Assembly (NCBI GenBank): GCA_036679605.1 | Contig: JAZDCZ010000011.1 | Span: 1-64,000, forward strand | Length of the DNA stretch: 64,000 bases | Source of the DNA: Gemmatimonadota bacterium | GTDB lineage: Bacteria; Gemmatimonadota; Gemmatimonadetes; Gemmatimonadales; GWC2-71-9 | Direction: 5' to 3' | Shown: in pieces, positions 28,212-38,432 of the stretch | How positions within the stretch are numbered: position 1 is the stretch's first letter | How the letters are laid out: every line of letters starts with the position of its first letter | Position numbers and translations under genes: made by a program | Notes under the pieces: model-generated | Database searches by the model: none | What the model was told of the DNA's origin: nothing | The model's input: only the letters and a program-made list of their open reading frames with translations

Positions 28212-28770
28212 TTTTGTCAGTCCTCACTTGTGGTTCTACGTGTCCGCTCAATACTCGTCGAATGGCGCGTCGGGCATGGAATAGCTGACTCTTGGAAGTG
28301 CCAGTGCTGGTGCCGAGCATGTGCGCGATCTCGTCGTGTCGATAGCCTTCAACATCGTGCAGAACGAACACCGTCCTGTATCCCTCGGGCAACAACCTGA
28401 TGGCACGCTCGAGGTCTATCATGTCACTTCTATCGTCGCTCGACTCGCTCACGATCATTTCCTCGCGTACCTCGAGCCAGTTGCGATCCCGGCGCCGGAA
28501 TAGACCGCGGCAAAGATTGAGCGCGATTCCGGATAGCCACCCTCTGATGTCTGACTCCCAGCGGAATTGGCCGAGCTTCTCGATGGCCCGAATCCACATC
28601 TCCTGGACCACATCGTCGGCATCATGCTCGTTCCCCCCGAGCGTCCGCAGGGCGAACTGGTAGAGGTGGGGCGTGTGCCTTTGGTACAGCTCCCGGAAGG
28701 CTCCTTCGTCACCCCGCTCCATCACCAGCTCAGTTAGTTCGCGATCGCTGATCTGCTGTTTAGGCGCCAT
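28201..28770 (-). CDS. ECF RNA polymerase sigma factor
   Basis: AFRELYQRH, DADDVVQE, LPEGYRTVFVLHDVEGY.H.EIA, GTSKSQLFHAR. Confidence 0.93.
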   Translation of the reverse strand: MAPKQQISDRELTELVMERGDEGAFRELYQRHTPHLYQFALRTLGGNEHDADDVVQEMWIRAIEKLGQFRWESDIRGWLSGIALNLCRGLFRRRDRNWLEVREEMIVSESSDDRSDMIDLERAIRLLPEGYRTVFVLHDVEGYRHDEIAHMLGTSTGTSKSQLFHARRAIRRVLSGHVEPQVRTDKNAE

Positions 28771-28779
28771 GTCACTATA

Positions 28780-28807
28780 TAGTGTCTCGGGGAGAGAAAA
28801 AGGTTGG
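28780..28807 (-). promoter_or_regulatory. Candidate autoregulatory ECF promoter
   Basis: Minus strand reads CCAACC-N17-CACTA, 9 bp before the ATG. Confidence 0.4.
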
Positions 28808-29073
28808 CTAGGCCGTTCGAGCAATCCTCTGCTGTCGACCGGATTTGTAGCAATGGATTGTAACGGTGCGCACGAGCGCTTGTCAGCGCCCACGGTGTAA
28901 GTCGCCCACAATTGTGTTCCTGGGCGGCACCTAGCGGCCACGATTGTTCAGTGGGGCCAGAATTGTCACAAACATTGTAACAACACCCACGAGCGCGAGT
29001 GCACGTTGTACGCGCGCAAATTCGCAAAAACTGCTGTCCACGAGCGCTGGCGAGCGCCCACGCGCGTCCGGTT

Positions 29074-29123
29074 GCGGACTCATAATCCGTCGGTCGTAGG
29101 TTCAAATCCTACAGGGCCCACTA
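29074..29123 (+). tRNA. 3' fragment of tRNA with CAT anticodon (Ile2-like), att-site remnant
   Basis: GCGGACT-CAT-AATCCGT anticodon arm, GTAGGTTCAAATCCTAC T arm, AGGGCCCACTA. No D arm or 5' acceptor strand upstream. Confidence 0.8.
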
Positions 29124-29162
29124 GAGGCCGCGGCTCCGCTCGCGCCTCGCCGCGTTCCCGTC

Positions 29163-29183
29163 CAAATCCTACAGGGCCCACTA
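29163..29183 (+). repeat. Second copy of the tRNA 3' end (21-bp direct repeat)
   Basis: CAAATCCTACAGGGCCCACTA is identical to 29103-29123. Confidence 0.9.
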
Positions 29184-29505
29184 TAACACAACAACTTACG
29201 CCATTTTCTCGGTGGCACATATAGCTGGCGTGGCACCATCATGGCTACTCTCACCAAGAGCTCGGCGATCCCGAGGTTCCAGGAGAGCGGCTGGGCCAAT
29301 TGGTATCCTCGCCAGATCACCAAGTGGATGCTTGTGATGACCATTACTTCGCAGCAATTTTCGCACTGACACTTGAGCCCGGTGTCGAATTCGCTCAATC
29401 AGAAGCAGACGTCTACCCTACGCGTGCGGCTAGCTTGCCAAACTCATGATTGTGGAACTGACATCACAATGAAAGGAGTGTCGACTGAGGTCAGTCAGCT
29501 TTGAA

Positions 29506-29958
29506 GTGAACGGCATACGCCGCACGGTAGGCGCGCCGCCGGAGACTCCTCTGTTATGGGTGCTTCGTGATGATCTCGGCCTCACTGGTACGAAGTTCGG
29601 GTGCGGTATCGGATCCTGTGGCGCATGTACGGTACACATGGACGGAATGCCCGTTCGCTCGTGCGTCACTCCATTGGCTGCAGTTGAGGATCGCACGGTG
29701 ACCACCATCGAGGGGCTGGGGTTGGACACCGGCCATCCGCTGCTTGATGCGTGGGTTCGCGAGGACGTTCCCCAGTGTGGGTATTGCCAGGTTGGCCAGC
29801 TCATGGCGGCGGCGGCGCTCCTGGCTACAACACCGGTTCCGACCGACAGCGACATCGACGCGGCGATGAGTGGTAACCTCTGTCGGTGCGGCACCTACCA
29901 ACGCATTCGCCGCGCAATCCATCGGGCATCTCGCGCTGCGCGTGAGGGTCGAGGATGA
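29506..29958 (+). CDS. iorA: Isoquinoline 1-oxidoreductase-type alpha subunit (2Fe-2S)
   Basis: [31 protein letters not shown]. An in-frame CTG at 29485 after AAGGAG may be the true start. Confidence 0.9.
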   Translation: MNGIRRTVGAPPETPLLWVLRDDLGLTGTKFGCGIGSCGACTVHMDGMPVRSCVTPLAAVEDRTVTTIEGLGLDTGHPLLDAWVREDVPQCGYCQVGQLMAAAALLATTPVPTDSDIDAAMSGNLCRCGTYQRIRRAIHRASRAAREGRG

Positions 29959-32174
29959 GCGTCCGTCTCTCTCGTCGTGACTTTTGCAAGGTCGGTGCCA
30001 CAGCAGGCGGCGGGCTCATCGTGGGCTTTTCCGTACCGATCGAATCCAGCGCCCGGATCGTTGCACCGACGGAGCCCCCCGTACTCAACGCATATGTACA
30101 GATCGACCCTGATGGAACGGTCATACTAACGGCACCGTGCCCCGAGATTGGTCAGGGGGTGCGGACTTCGCTTCCGATGATCCTCGCTGAGGAACTCGAT
30201 GTCGATTGGGGCATGGTGCACGTCGTGCAGGCATCGGCTGACGCCGCGTATGGAGGCATGACCGTGGGTGGGAGCGATAGCGTCGTCGATTACTGGGAAC
30301 CATTGCGTCTCGCCGGCGCCACTGCTCGGGCAATGCTGGTAGGGGCCGCAGCTGCAGAATGGGGTGTGAGGACGTCGGCCTGTTTTGCTGAGCGGGGAGT
30401 AGTGATTCACCGACCCACTGGGCGCTCGCTGCCCTTTGGTCAGCTTGCCGGGCGCGCCGCGACCCGACCGGTGCCAACCGACATCCGCCTCAAGGACACC
30501 AGTGAGTTCGGGATCATCGGGACAGCGATCAGTCGGACGGATATCCCTGAGATTGCCCGCGGGACGGCTCAATACGGTCTCGACGTTCGGGTGCCTGGTA
30601 TGTTGTACGCGGTCGTGTCGCGCTGCCCCGTCCATGGTGGATCTCTCAAGCGATTCGATGCTATCCGTGCACGGGCGGTTCCGGGCGTTCGAGATGTTGT
30701 GGTGCTGGAGCCGGCCGCCATTGGCGGACTCCTGTACGGCGCGGTGCGCTCAGGTGTGGCGGTCGTGGCGGAGAGCACTTGGGCGGCCCTGCAGGGACGT
30801 CGAGTTCTTGAGGTCGACTGGGACCACGGTTCCAACGCCGAAGAAAGTTCCGCACTGATTCGAGAACGTTTCGCCGCACGGTTGAAGGACCCCGATGCCA
30901 TGCGTTTGCGCGACGAAGGCGACACCGCTCAGGCAATTGCGGCGGCGCCCACGAGAGTGGAAGCCGAGTACGAACTGCCGCCCCTGGCGCACGCGTGTAT
31001 GGAGCCCATGAACTTTACCGTCGATGCTCGCCCCGACAGTTGCGACGCCTGGGGACCAACGCAAAACCCACGGTTGCTCAAGGCAGTGATCGCTGCTGCA
31101 GTGAAGCTCCCATCCGACGTTGTCCGGTTACACCCCACGCTCTCCGGCGGTGGCTTTGGCCGACGTCTAGCGTTCGAATACGGTGTTGAGACAGCACTTC
31201 TGTCTCGGGCGGTGAACGCTCCCGTTCAGCTTGTCTGGACTCGCGAAGATGATGTCCAGCACGATTACTACCGAGCACCGAGTCTTCACGCCTTGCGCGC
31301 AGGACTCGACTCCGATGGTAGGCTTGTAGGCTGGCATCATCGTATTGCCAGCGCGTCCCTACTCAGAAACATCGAACAGTCCCCCTCCGAGCATCCCGCG
31401 CTGTACGATGTTCAGGGGGCAGCCGACATGCCATATCAGGTCGCGAATCTCCTCATCGAGTATGCGCCGGCCGACGTGGGACTGCAGATGGGATCGTGGC
31501 GCTCAGTCTCCCACTCGTCCAACGTGTTTGTGGTCAATTCCTTCGTCGATGAAGTTGCGGCCATGGCGCGGCGAGATCCATTGGATTACCAGCTGGAGTT
31601 GTTGGGCGAGTCGAGGCAAATAGAAATTCGATTGCCGCTCCCAGGACGCCGCGGTCGAGTGCAGTGCGACACCGGATTGCTGCGGCACGTGCTAGAGGTG
31701 GCAGCCGAGCAGGCCGGTTGGGGCACCCCGGTACCCGCGGGTCGCGGGCGAGGGATCGCCTGCACCTACTACAAGCAGACGTATGCGGCGCATGTGGCAG
31801 AGGTCTCCGTTACCAAAGACGGGAGTGTGCGCGTCAGTCGTATCGTCGCAGCCGTCGACTGCGGCGTCGCGATCGATCCAAACGGGATCGAAGCGCAGGT
31901 GGAGGGTGCGGCAATGGACGGCGTGTCCACAGTATTCAAGTGGGGAATCACGCTGGATAGGGGACGGGTACAACAGGCGAACTTCGTTGACTATCCGCTG
32001 CTGAGGATGGACGAAGCACCGGTGATCGACACTCACATCGTCCCCAGCAATCGCCCGCCCTCGGGAATGGGTGAGCCCCCCTATCCGTCGGTTGCACCAG
32101 CGATTACCAACGCAATCTTCGCTGCCACAGGCAAGCGCATCCGACGCCTGCCGATTCGTGAGGGGGACCTCTAG
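29955..32174 (+). CDS. iorB: Isoquinoline 1-oxidoreductase-type beta subunit (molybdopterin), Tat signal
   Basis: SRRDFCK, EIGQGV.T...ILAEEL, GGGFGRR, WTREDD, AVDCG, GMGEP. Confidence 0.9.
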   Translation: MSVRLSRRDFCKVGATAGGGLIVGFSVPIESSARIVAPTEPPVLNAYVQIDPDGTVILTAPCPEIGQGVRTSLPMILAEELDVDWGMVHVVQASADAAYGGMTVGGSDSVVDYWEPLRLAGATARAMLVGAAAAEWGVRTSACFAERGVVIHRPTGRSLPFGQLAGRAATRPVPTDIRLKDTSEFGIIGTAISRTDIPEIARGTAQYGLDVRVPGMLYAVVSRCPVHGGSLKRFDAIRARAVPGVRDVVVLEPAAIGGLLYGAVRSGVAVVAESTWAALQGRRVLEVDWDHGSNAEESSALIRERFAARLKDPDAMRLRDEGDTAQAIAAAPTRVEAEYELPPLAHACMEPMNFTVDARPDSCDAWGPTQNPRLLKAVIAAAVKLPSDVVRLHPTLSGGGFGRRLAFEYGVETALLSRAVNAPVQLVWTREDDVQHDYYRAPSLHALRAGLDSDGRLVGWHHRIASASLLRNIEQSPSEHPALYDVQGAADMPYQVANLLIEYAPADVGLQMGSWRSVSHSSNVFVVNSFVDEVAAMARRDPLDYQLELLGESRQIEIRLPLPGRRGRVQCDTGLLRHVLEVAAEQAGWGTPVPAGRGRGIACTYYKQTYAAHVAEVSVTKDGSVRVSRIVAAVDCGVAIDPNGIEAQVEGAAMDGVSTVFKWGITLDRGRVQQANFVDYPLLRMDEAPVIDTHIVPSNRPPSGMGEPPYPSVAPAITNAIFAATGKRIRRLPIREGDL

Positions 32175-32232
32175 GTGTCGGGGGCACCTTCTGTGTGGGG
32201 TTCGGACTGACCCGGGCCGTTCGGCTGGCAAG

Positions 32233-33696
32233 ATGAAAGCTCGATCTCTTGCCCTCCTTCTGGGAGTTTGTGGCTATGCTCCATCCGCGGGAGAAACCCA
32301 AGACCAGGGCCGATTTGCCATCGAGTCGGTGACCATAATAGATCCAGCGGCGCAGTCGGCGGATGCCGCGCGGCTCACCGACCAGACGGTGATGGTGGTC
32401 GGCGACCGTATCGAGCGGGTGGGACCGTCCACCGAGGTGTTGATACCCAGAGGAACCCGAACCATCGACGGACGAGGACGCTTCCTGATCCCGGGTCTGT
32501 GGGACATGCACGTCCACCCGGACGACCCCGAGATTTGGGAACTCCTCCAACCACCAGCCCATCTCCGGGACCTCTTCATGCCGAACTTTGTCGTCTGGGG
32601 CGTGACCGGCGTTCGCGATATGGGTGGCGACTGGAGAGTCATCCAGGACTGGCGGAGGCGGATCGCCGCCGGTGCGCTCGTGGGGCCACGGATCGTGGCG
32701 GCCGGGCCTTTGGTGGACGGGCCGGAACCGTCGTGGCCTGGCTCCGTGGCCGTGGAGAGCCCCGACCAGGGACGCGCTGCAGTGGACTCGCTCCTCGCCG
32801 AGGGCGTGGACTTCATAAAGGTCTATGCCCAGCTGCCCCGGGAGGCGTTCTTCGCTGTTGTAGCCCGTGCACACGAGCGGGGGGTCAGGGTTTCGGGGCA
32901 CGTACCCGACGAAGTCAGCCTGGAGGAAGCGCTGGAGGCCGGCCTCGACGATCAGCAGCACCTCCTCAAGATGCAGCGCGCGTTCAGCGATTGGCCAGCG
33001 ATCGTGGCTCATCTGCGGGAGATCGCGAACGACATCCCGCGGGAGAAACTCCGTGTCGAGGCGGCGCGTCTGGCGGAGGCCAACTACGACGAGGCGTCGG
33101 CGAGAGCTTACTACCGGCGAATGGCCCAGTCGGGTACTTGGGTGACGCCGACCTTGGTGGTGTGGAAGCGGAACGCGTTCTACCAGGCTGATGACCCCAC
33201 GGTGGCGCCATGGCTCCGCTACGTGCCCGAGTACCTCCGGAAATGGTGGACGCCGGAGGTGAATGTCCACCTGAGAAACGAGACCCCGGAGTCAGTCGAA
33301 GCCCTCCGTTTCTACTATCGGCTCTGGGTACGCATCGCCCGGGAACTGGCAGAGGTTGGCGTGCAACTGCTGGCCGGGTCGGACACTGGCGGGAACCCGC
33401 ACTTGATCCCCGGCATGAGTCTCCACGAGGAGCTGGAGCTTCTGGTGAACGCGGGTTTGACACCGCTTGAGGCGCTGCGCACCGCGACCCTGAATCCTGC
33501 GCTTTACATGAACATGGACACCGAACTGGGAACGGTCGAGACAGGGAAGGTCGCCGATATGATCCTGCTGGACGCGGACCCCCTCACGGACATCGCCAAT
33601 ACACGGAGCATCTCGGCCGTCGTCTATCGAGGGACGCTCCTAGATCGGCGTGACCGGGAGGTGCTCTTGGACAGCATCGCGTCGGCGGCTAGGTGA
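32233..33696 (+). CDS. Secreted amidohydrolase
   Basis: PGLWDMHVH, DFIKVY, GHVP, AGSD, LHEELELLV.AGLTPLEAL..AT.NPA. Confidence 0.92.
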   Translation: MKARSLALLLGVCGYAPSAGETQDQGRFAIESVTIIDPAAQSADAARLTDQTVMVVGDRIERVGPSTEVLIPRGTRTIDGRGRFLIPGLWDMHVHPDDPEIWELLQPPAHLRDLFMPNFVVWGVTGVRDMGGDWRVIQDWRRRIAAGALVGPRIVAAGPLVDGPEPSWPGSVAVESPDQGRAAVDSLLAEGVDFIKVYAQLPREAFFAVVARAHERGVRVSGHVPDEVSLEEALEAGLDDQQHLLKMQRAFSDWPAIVAHLREIANDIPREKLRVEAARLAEANYDEASARAYYRRMAQSGTWVTPTLVVWKRNAFYQADDPTVAPWLRYVPEYLRKWWTPEVNVHLRNETPESVEALRFYYRLWVRIARELAEVGVQLLAGSDTGGNPHLIPGMSLHEELELLVNAGLTPLEALRTATLNPALYMNMDTELGTVETGKVADMILLDADPLTDIANTRSISAVVYRGTLLDRRDREVLLDSIASAAR

Positions 33697-33850
33697 GGCC
33701 GATCGGGGATCCGCACACGTCTGATTGCCCAATCGGCACCTCCGACATGAGCGAGTATAAGTCTTTACTGATCGCCCATGCATCTCTCGGTGAAACCATC
33801 GTGTTACGCCCGTGTACGAGCACCCGTCCCCGCCAACCCGGAGATCGATC

Positions 33851-34925
33851 ATGAAGACTCCATCGATCGGCATCCTGGTGCTGTTTTCCGCCTGTGCTTC
33901 CGAGGATGCGGGTCCGCCCATCACGGTGACCGAGCGGGATAGTGCCGGCATCGCGATAGTTGAGAACCGCATCGACACGGCCGGTGCGCGCACCGAGTGG
34001 GAGATTGATCCCACGCCGACGCTCACGATCGGTGGACTAGACGCGCCGTAGTCCGAACAACTGTTCCGGGTGAGCGGCGGACGGCGGACGGCGGTTGGCC
34101 GACGGCCGGATCGTGGTTGCAGGTGGAGGGGCGGCGGAGATCCGCGTGTACGGTGCGGACGGCGCGCTGGTCGTGGCGCACGGACGAAAAGGCGAAGGTC
34201 CCGGGGAATTTCGGATGCCGAAGCTGGCGGGCGTGCTCGGCGGTGACAGCCTCGTCGTCTATGACAGCCAATTACGGCGTGTGTCGCTGGTGCACGCGGA
34301 GAGCGGCTTCGTGCGTTCCTATCTGGTGGGGATGGAGGGTGGTGGCTTCCCGATCGCGATCGGCATCACCGGCGAAGGCGGATTGGCCGTGGGCGGCGGC
34401 ATGTTCTTCTCAAGCGCGTCGGGTTTCCCGACCGGTGCCGTGCGGCCGAACTCACGATACGTGATTCTGGGACCGGACGGTTTGGTGCAAGGGGACCTGG
34501 GTGACGTGCCTGCAGCGGAGATGTTCGCGCGCACAAGCGGCAGCGCGTTCAGCGCATCGGCGTTGCCCTTTGGACGTGTCACCGCCGCGGCCATCGGTCC
34601 CGATCGATTGTGGCTCGGGACCGGTGACGCGTGGGAGATCAATGCGTATGCGCTGGATGCCACGCTCATGCGCATCGTGCGCTTCGATCGACCGCAGGCG
34701 CCGGTAACCGATGTACTGCGCAACGCCGAACTCGCCGAGCGGATCGAGGGTGCGGATAACGACAAGAGGCGCGGGAGATTCGGAACCGGTTCCGTGATAT
34801 GCCATCGCCCGAGCGAGTTCCGCCATACCAGGTCATGATTGTCGACGCGTTGGGATTCCTGTGGATCGGAGAGTACGTGCTGCCGCTCACGTTGTGGACG
34901 TTGCGGAGGCTGCTACGGATGTGAA
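33851..34925 (+). pseudogene. 6-bladed beta-propeller lipoprotein with several lesions
   Basis: TAG at 34049, 7-bp GGCGGAC duplication near 34075-34095 causing a frameshift, second frameshift near 34765; tail VDALGFLWIGEY is cut short. Confidence 0.8.
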
Positions 34926-34963
34926 CAGTAGGGAAGCCGTTGATACGAAGGGCTGGTGTTGAG

Positions 34964-35875
34964 ATGAGGCGGCAAGCGCTGGCCGTCCTGTGCGCGGTTT
35001 TCTTTGTCTCCCCCGTGCTTGCGCAGAGTGCCCCAGGGTTGATCGGATCGATCGGCGACATTGACGACGTGGTGCTCGTGGGTATCAGGGCGGCCATCGT
35101 TCAAGGGAAAGCCGTTGCGATCCTCACCGATCCCGAGCCTGCCGTGTACGTCGTCACTTTCGATACCTCGCACACCCTCGGCGGCACGTGGGCCAATCAG
35201 ATCCATGTCGTCGGCGGTGATACGATACTCGGCACGTTCGTTCCTATGTCGATGGAGCGCGCTATCGTGCGACTCCGCGGCGACAGCCGCGATACGGTGC
35301 TCACGTTTGCGGCCCCACGCGATCTTCTTCGGCTGACGGCGCCGGGAGCGCCGTCGTTCACTGTCCGCCAGCCTTACACGCCGGATCATCGGTGGACAGT
35401 CATGCACGACGGAACCGTGGCCCATTGGCGTCCTGAGGATGACCGGTTGCATTTTATTGCACGGAATGGCGAGCGGATCGAGCCGGTCGATGTACCCGCC
35501 GCATCCGAGCGAGTCACGGACGTCGAGCGTGAGCATTGGGTGCAGACCGTGATCCCCAGCGAGTTCATGGGGCAACGGGTCTTCGAGCCGCTGCGTGCGG
35601 TGGCTCGCAAGCGCGCGGCGTTTCCCGATCTGCTGCCTCCGGTGTTGGACCTGCTTGCCAATCCAAACGGCGGTGTGTGGATGCGGCGGACGGTGAACGC
35701 GAGCGGAGAAGTGTGGACGCTGATGGTGCGCGACGGGACGGTGTATGGCTCGGTGCGATTCCCGGTTGGGCGCGAGCTTTTGAGTGTGGGTATTGGCGAG
35801 TTCGCCGTGCTGGCCAGAAACGAGTTGGGCGTCGAGATGGTGGAGCGCTATAGCCGGCCCGCATGGGCGCCGTGA
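34964..35875 (+). CDS. Secreted beta-propeller-like protein, possibly internally deleted
   Basis: Signal peptide; C-terminus FPDLLPPV..L...GGVW...NELGVEMVERY resembles the propeller-family tail. Confidence 0.55.
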   Translation: MRRQALAVLCAVFFVSPVLAQSAPGLIGSIGDIDDVVLVGIRAAIVQGKAVAILTDPEPAVYVVTFDTSHTLGGTWANQIHVVGGDTILGTFVPMSMERAIVRLRGDSRDTVLTFAAPRDLLRLTAPGAPSFTVRQPYTPDHRWTVMHDGTVAHWRPEDDRLHFIARNGERIEPVDVPAASERVTDVEREHWVQTVIPSEFMGQRVFEPLRAVARKRAAFPDLLPPVLDLLANPNGGVWMRRTVNASGEVWTLMVRDGTVYGSVRFPVGRELLSVGIGEFAVLARNELGVEMVERYSRPAWAP

Positions 35876-36173
35876 CCTAGCTGCCGCACCACCCCACAAT
35901 GGACCGTTGGATCAGCCCATGTCAAGGAGTCAGTGTAACGCAGTCGCCCAACCGCGCACCGTTCTGCGCAAGCCACCTCTAAACACGCGGAAATGGCATC
36001 ACATCGTGGGGCATGGCAACTGCTCCAAGCCACCTACCGTTCGGCTCGATGGATCCCACAAGATTTCGTCGGTGGACCCATCGTCGTGGGCTGTATTGGA
36101 ACCTTGAAGTTTGCCCCCCGATCGCATTCATTGGTGAGGTCTTGCGTGTCTCATTGCTAGGTAGATGAAATCA

Positions 36174-36232
36174 GGCCTGTGGGACATGCACGTCGACCCG
36201 GCGACCCCGATATCTGGGAACTTCTCAAACCA
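36174..36232 (+). pseudogene. Short remnant homologous to amidohydrolase 32494-32553
   Basis: Near copy encoding GLWDMHV(D)P/DPDIWELLKP with a 1-bp deletion. Confidence 0.75.
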
Positions 36233-36263
36233 GATGTCGTCAGCCGCAGTCATGATTTCGAGC

Positions 36264-38072
36264 ATGGGAGCGCATCACTTGAAACACCGCTGTCTCACAT
36301 CGTGGATCCTCCTCGGGACACTTCTGGCGGCCTCAGCAGGGGAAGTACAGGAGCACAACTTTCGGTCGCGCGTCGACTCGGTCTTCGCCGCCTGGAATAA
36401 TTCCAACTCGCCGGGATGCGCCGTGGGAGTTGACCTGCGCGGCGACACGATAATGCGAGCCGGGTATGGTCAGGCCGATCTCGAGCACTCGGCTCCCTGG
36501 ACGTCCAGAACGCCTGGCTACATTGGCTCTGCCGTCAAGCAGTTCGAGGCGTTCATTATTGTTCTCCTCGAGCAGCGAGGTCGCCTGTCCCTTGACGACG
36601 ACATTCGGCGGTACGTGCCCGAGATGCCAGAATACGGTCACACGATCACGTTGCGGCAGCTACTGCACCACACCAGCGGTATCCGTGACTTCCCGAGCAT
36701 GATGTATTATGCGGGGTTCGGCAGAGGGCGTCCGTATGGAGACCGCGAGATCTCTGACATGATTCTGCGGCAACGGCAGCTGCTTTTCACTCCGGGAACC
36801 GATGTGTCCTACAGCACGTCAGGATACTGGCTGCTGTCCCTTATCGTCGAGCGAGTCGCCGGACGACCTTGGGCGGAGGTGGTCAGGGACGAAGTGTTCG
36901 GGCCGCTGGAGATGTCCGAGACCTTTTTCCAAAGCAATCTCTCTACGCTTGTCCCGGGGCGCTCTCTGGGGTATCAATCCGCGCCGGACGGAGGGTTCAG
37001 GCTGTATGAGCGCGCCTTCGTTACGAATACGTCCCTATTTATGTCTGTGGATGATCTCTTACGCTGGGCGGCCAATTTCTCGCACGCCCGCGTCGGCGGC
37101 GAGATCGTATTATCCGAGCTGAGGCGACCGGGCGTGTTGTCAAACGGGGATACGATTCCGGAGGCGCCCGGCCTCGTCATCGAGGATTACGACGGTCGCC
37201 GCATGATCTCGCATAATGGCCGCAATGCGGGGCACACGGCGGAGCTTATCCGCTTCCCGGAGTTGCAGCTCTCCATTGCCGTCCTGTGCAACGTTCGGGA
37301 GGCGTCGGCACCGCGGTTCGCCCGTCGCATCGCGGACCTCGCTTTGCCGTTTGCGTCGAAACCGCCGGACCGATACACAACTGTGAAAGAGCAGGAGGGT
37401 GCCCGGGCCGGCGCGGAAGACGACGAGAGCTTGCGGCAGGCCACTCCGCCAGCCAGCCCGGAAAATAGAAAAGCTCAAGCTTCCTGGCGCCCTTCGGCTG
37501 CGCAACTGGCGGAGGTATTGGGGGACTACGTTCGGGGGGAGAACGTCTTCAAGGTCTCCGCCAGCGCTGAGCCCGCCACCGTCGATCTGATCGAGGTACG
37601 GTTCAATGACGGTGCCGACATCTTTGGTCTGGCTCCGCTGCAAGCGCGCGTGTTCCAGTTGACCGGCCCGGCGGCAGATCCCTCGGAAACGGTGGAGTTT
37701 GTAGAGTCGAGTTCCGGGGTGCCCTCCTTGATCTATGACTCCGGATCCGGGGCGGCCCTGGAATTCACTCGAGTGCCAGCACCAACGGACTCCGATCTCG
37801 CCGTTGTTGGAGGTTCTTTCCACAGCCCAGATCTCGATGTCACATACATCGTGAGACTCGACGGGGAACACCTCGCGGTCCGCATAGCATCACCCCTTGC
37901 GTCTCCCGTCTTTCCACGCGGGCTATTCCGCCTAGGTGGCCTGCAATGGACGGACGGGGCCGGCACTCGAATCGCGTTCTATCGAAAGGAGGACGGTTCG
38001 ACGACGATGACGGTCTCCGACCCTCGGGTTGGTGATCTTGAATTCGTTCGTGCAGATACGGCAGTGCCGTAG
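36264..38072 (+). CDS. Serine hydrolase (class C beta-lactamase-like) with C-terminal extension
   Basis: SPGCAVG, IGSAVKQF (SxxK), LLHHTSG, YSTSGY, HNG; start position uncertain. Confidence 0.88.
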   Translation: MGAHHLKHRCLTSWILLGTLLAASAGEVQEHNFRSRVDSVFAAWNNSNSPGCAVGVDLRGDTIMRAGYGQADLEHSAPWTSRTPGYIGSAVKQFEAFIIVLLEQRGRLSLDDDIRRYVPEMPEYGHTITLRQLLHHTSGIRDFPSMMYYAGFGRGRPYGDREISDMILRQRQLLFTPGTDVSYSTSGYWLLSLIVERVAGRPWAEVVRDEVFGPLEMSETFFQSNLSTLVPGRSLGYQSAPDGGFRLYERAFVTNTSLFMSVDDLLRWAANFSHARVGGEIVLSELRRPGVLSNGDTIPEAPGLVIEDYDGRRMISHNGRNAGHTAELIRFPELQLSIAVLCNVREASAPRFARRIADLALPFASKPPDRYTTVKEQEGARAGAEDDESLRQATPPASPENRKAQASWRPSAAQLAEVLGDYVRGENVFKVSASAEPATVDLIEVRFNDGADIFGLAPLQARVFQLTGPAADPSETVEFVESSSGVPSLIYDSGSGAALEFTRVPAPTDSDLAVVGGSFHSPDLDVTYIVRLDGEHLAVRIASPLASPVFPRGLFRLGGLQWTDGAGTRIAFYRKEDGSTTMTVSDPRVGDLEFVRADTAVP

Positions 38073-38130
38073 GCCGTCGTCGGTTTTGAACCGTCCTCCC
38101 GCCGATGTTTCAATAACGCGTGCTCATGGA

Positions 38131-38175
38131 CAGGTCTCGGTTGTGGGTCCTCGCAATGTGTATGCAACGGAAGTG
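38131..38175 (+). pseudogene. Short remnant homologous to the downstream dehydrogenase (39099-39144)
   Basis: Encodes QVSVVGPRNVYATE versus QVSVVNPRHVYGAE in the gene. Confidence 0.65.
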
Positions 38176-38432
38176 CCCCCACCTGGTCGTCACGAATGTA
38201 ACCGTTGGCACACCAGCGGCTCGCGCAGGAGTTCAGTGTGTAGATGTGTTGGTTGCCGTGGATGGAGTAGCGCCAAGAAGCCATCGGAGCTATCGCGGGC
38301 TGCTCAGGAGACGAAACCGGTGACACATTGAGACTTTCATTGATACGCAACGGCATTGCTCGGCAAACGGCCTGCGACCACGGAAGTGAGCTTCCGACTG
38401 CACAGGTAGGTGAACCCTCCTAAGGACGTGGC

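Noticed and set aside
29040..29123. Intact tRNA-Met/Ile gene
   Set aside because: No 5' acceptor strand or D arm upstream of the anticodon arm.
34049..34051. Programmed amber read-through
   Set aside because: The same gene has two frameshifts and a truncation, and TAG is a normal stop in many genes here.
26501..38175. Short gene copies as DGR template repeats
   Set aside because: Mismatches are not adenine-specific, include synonymous changes and indels, and no reverse transcriptase is in the window.
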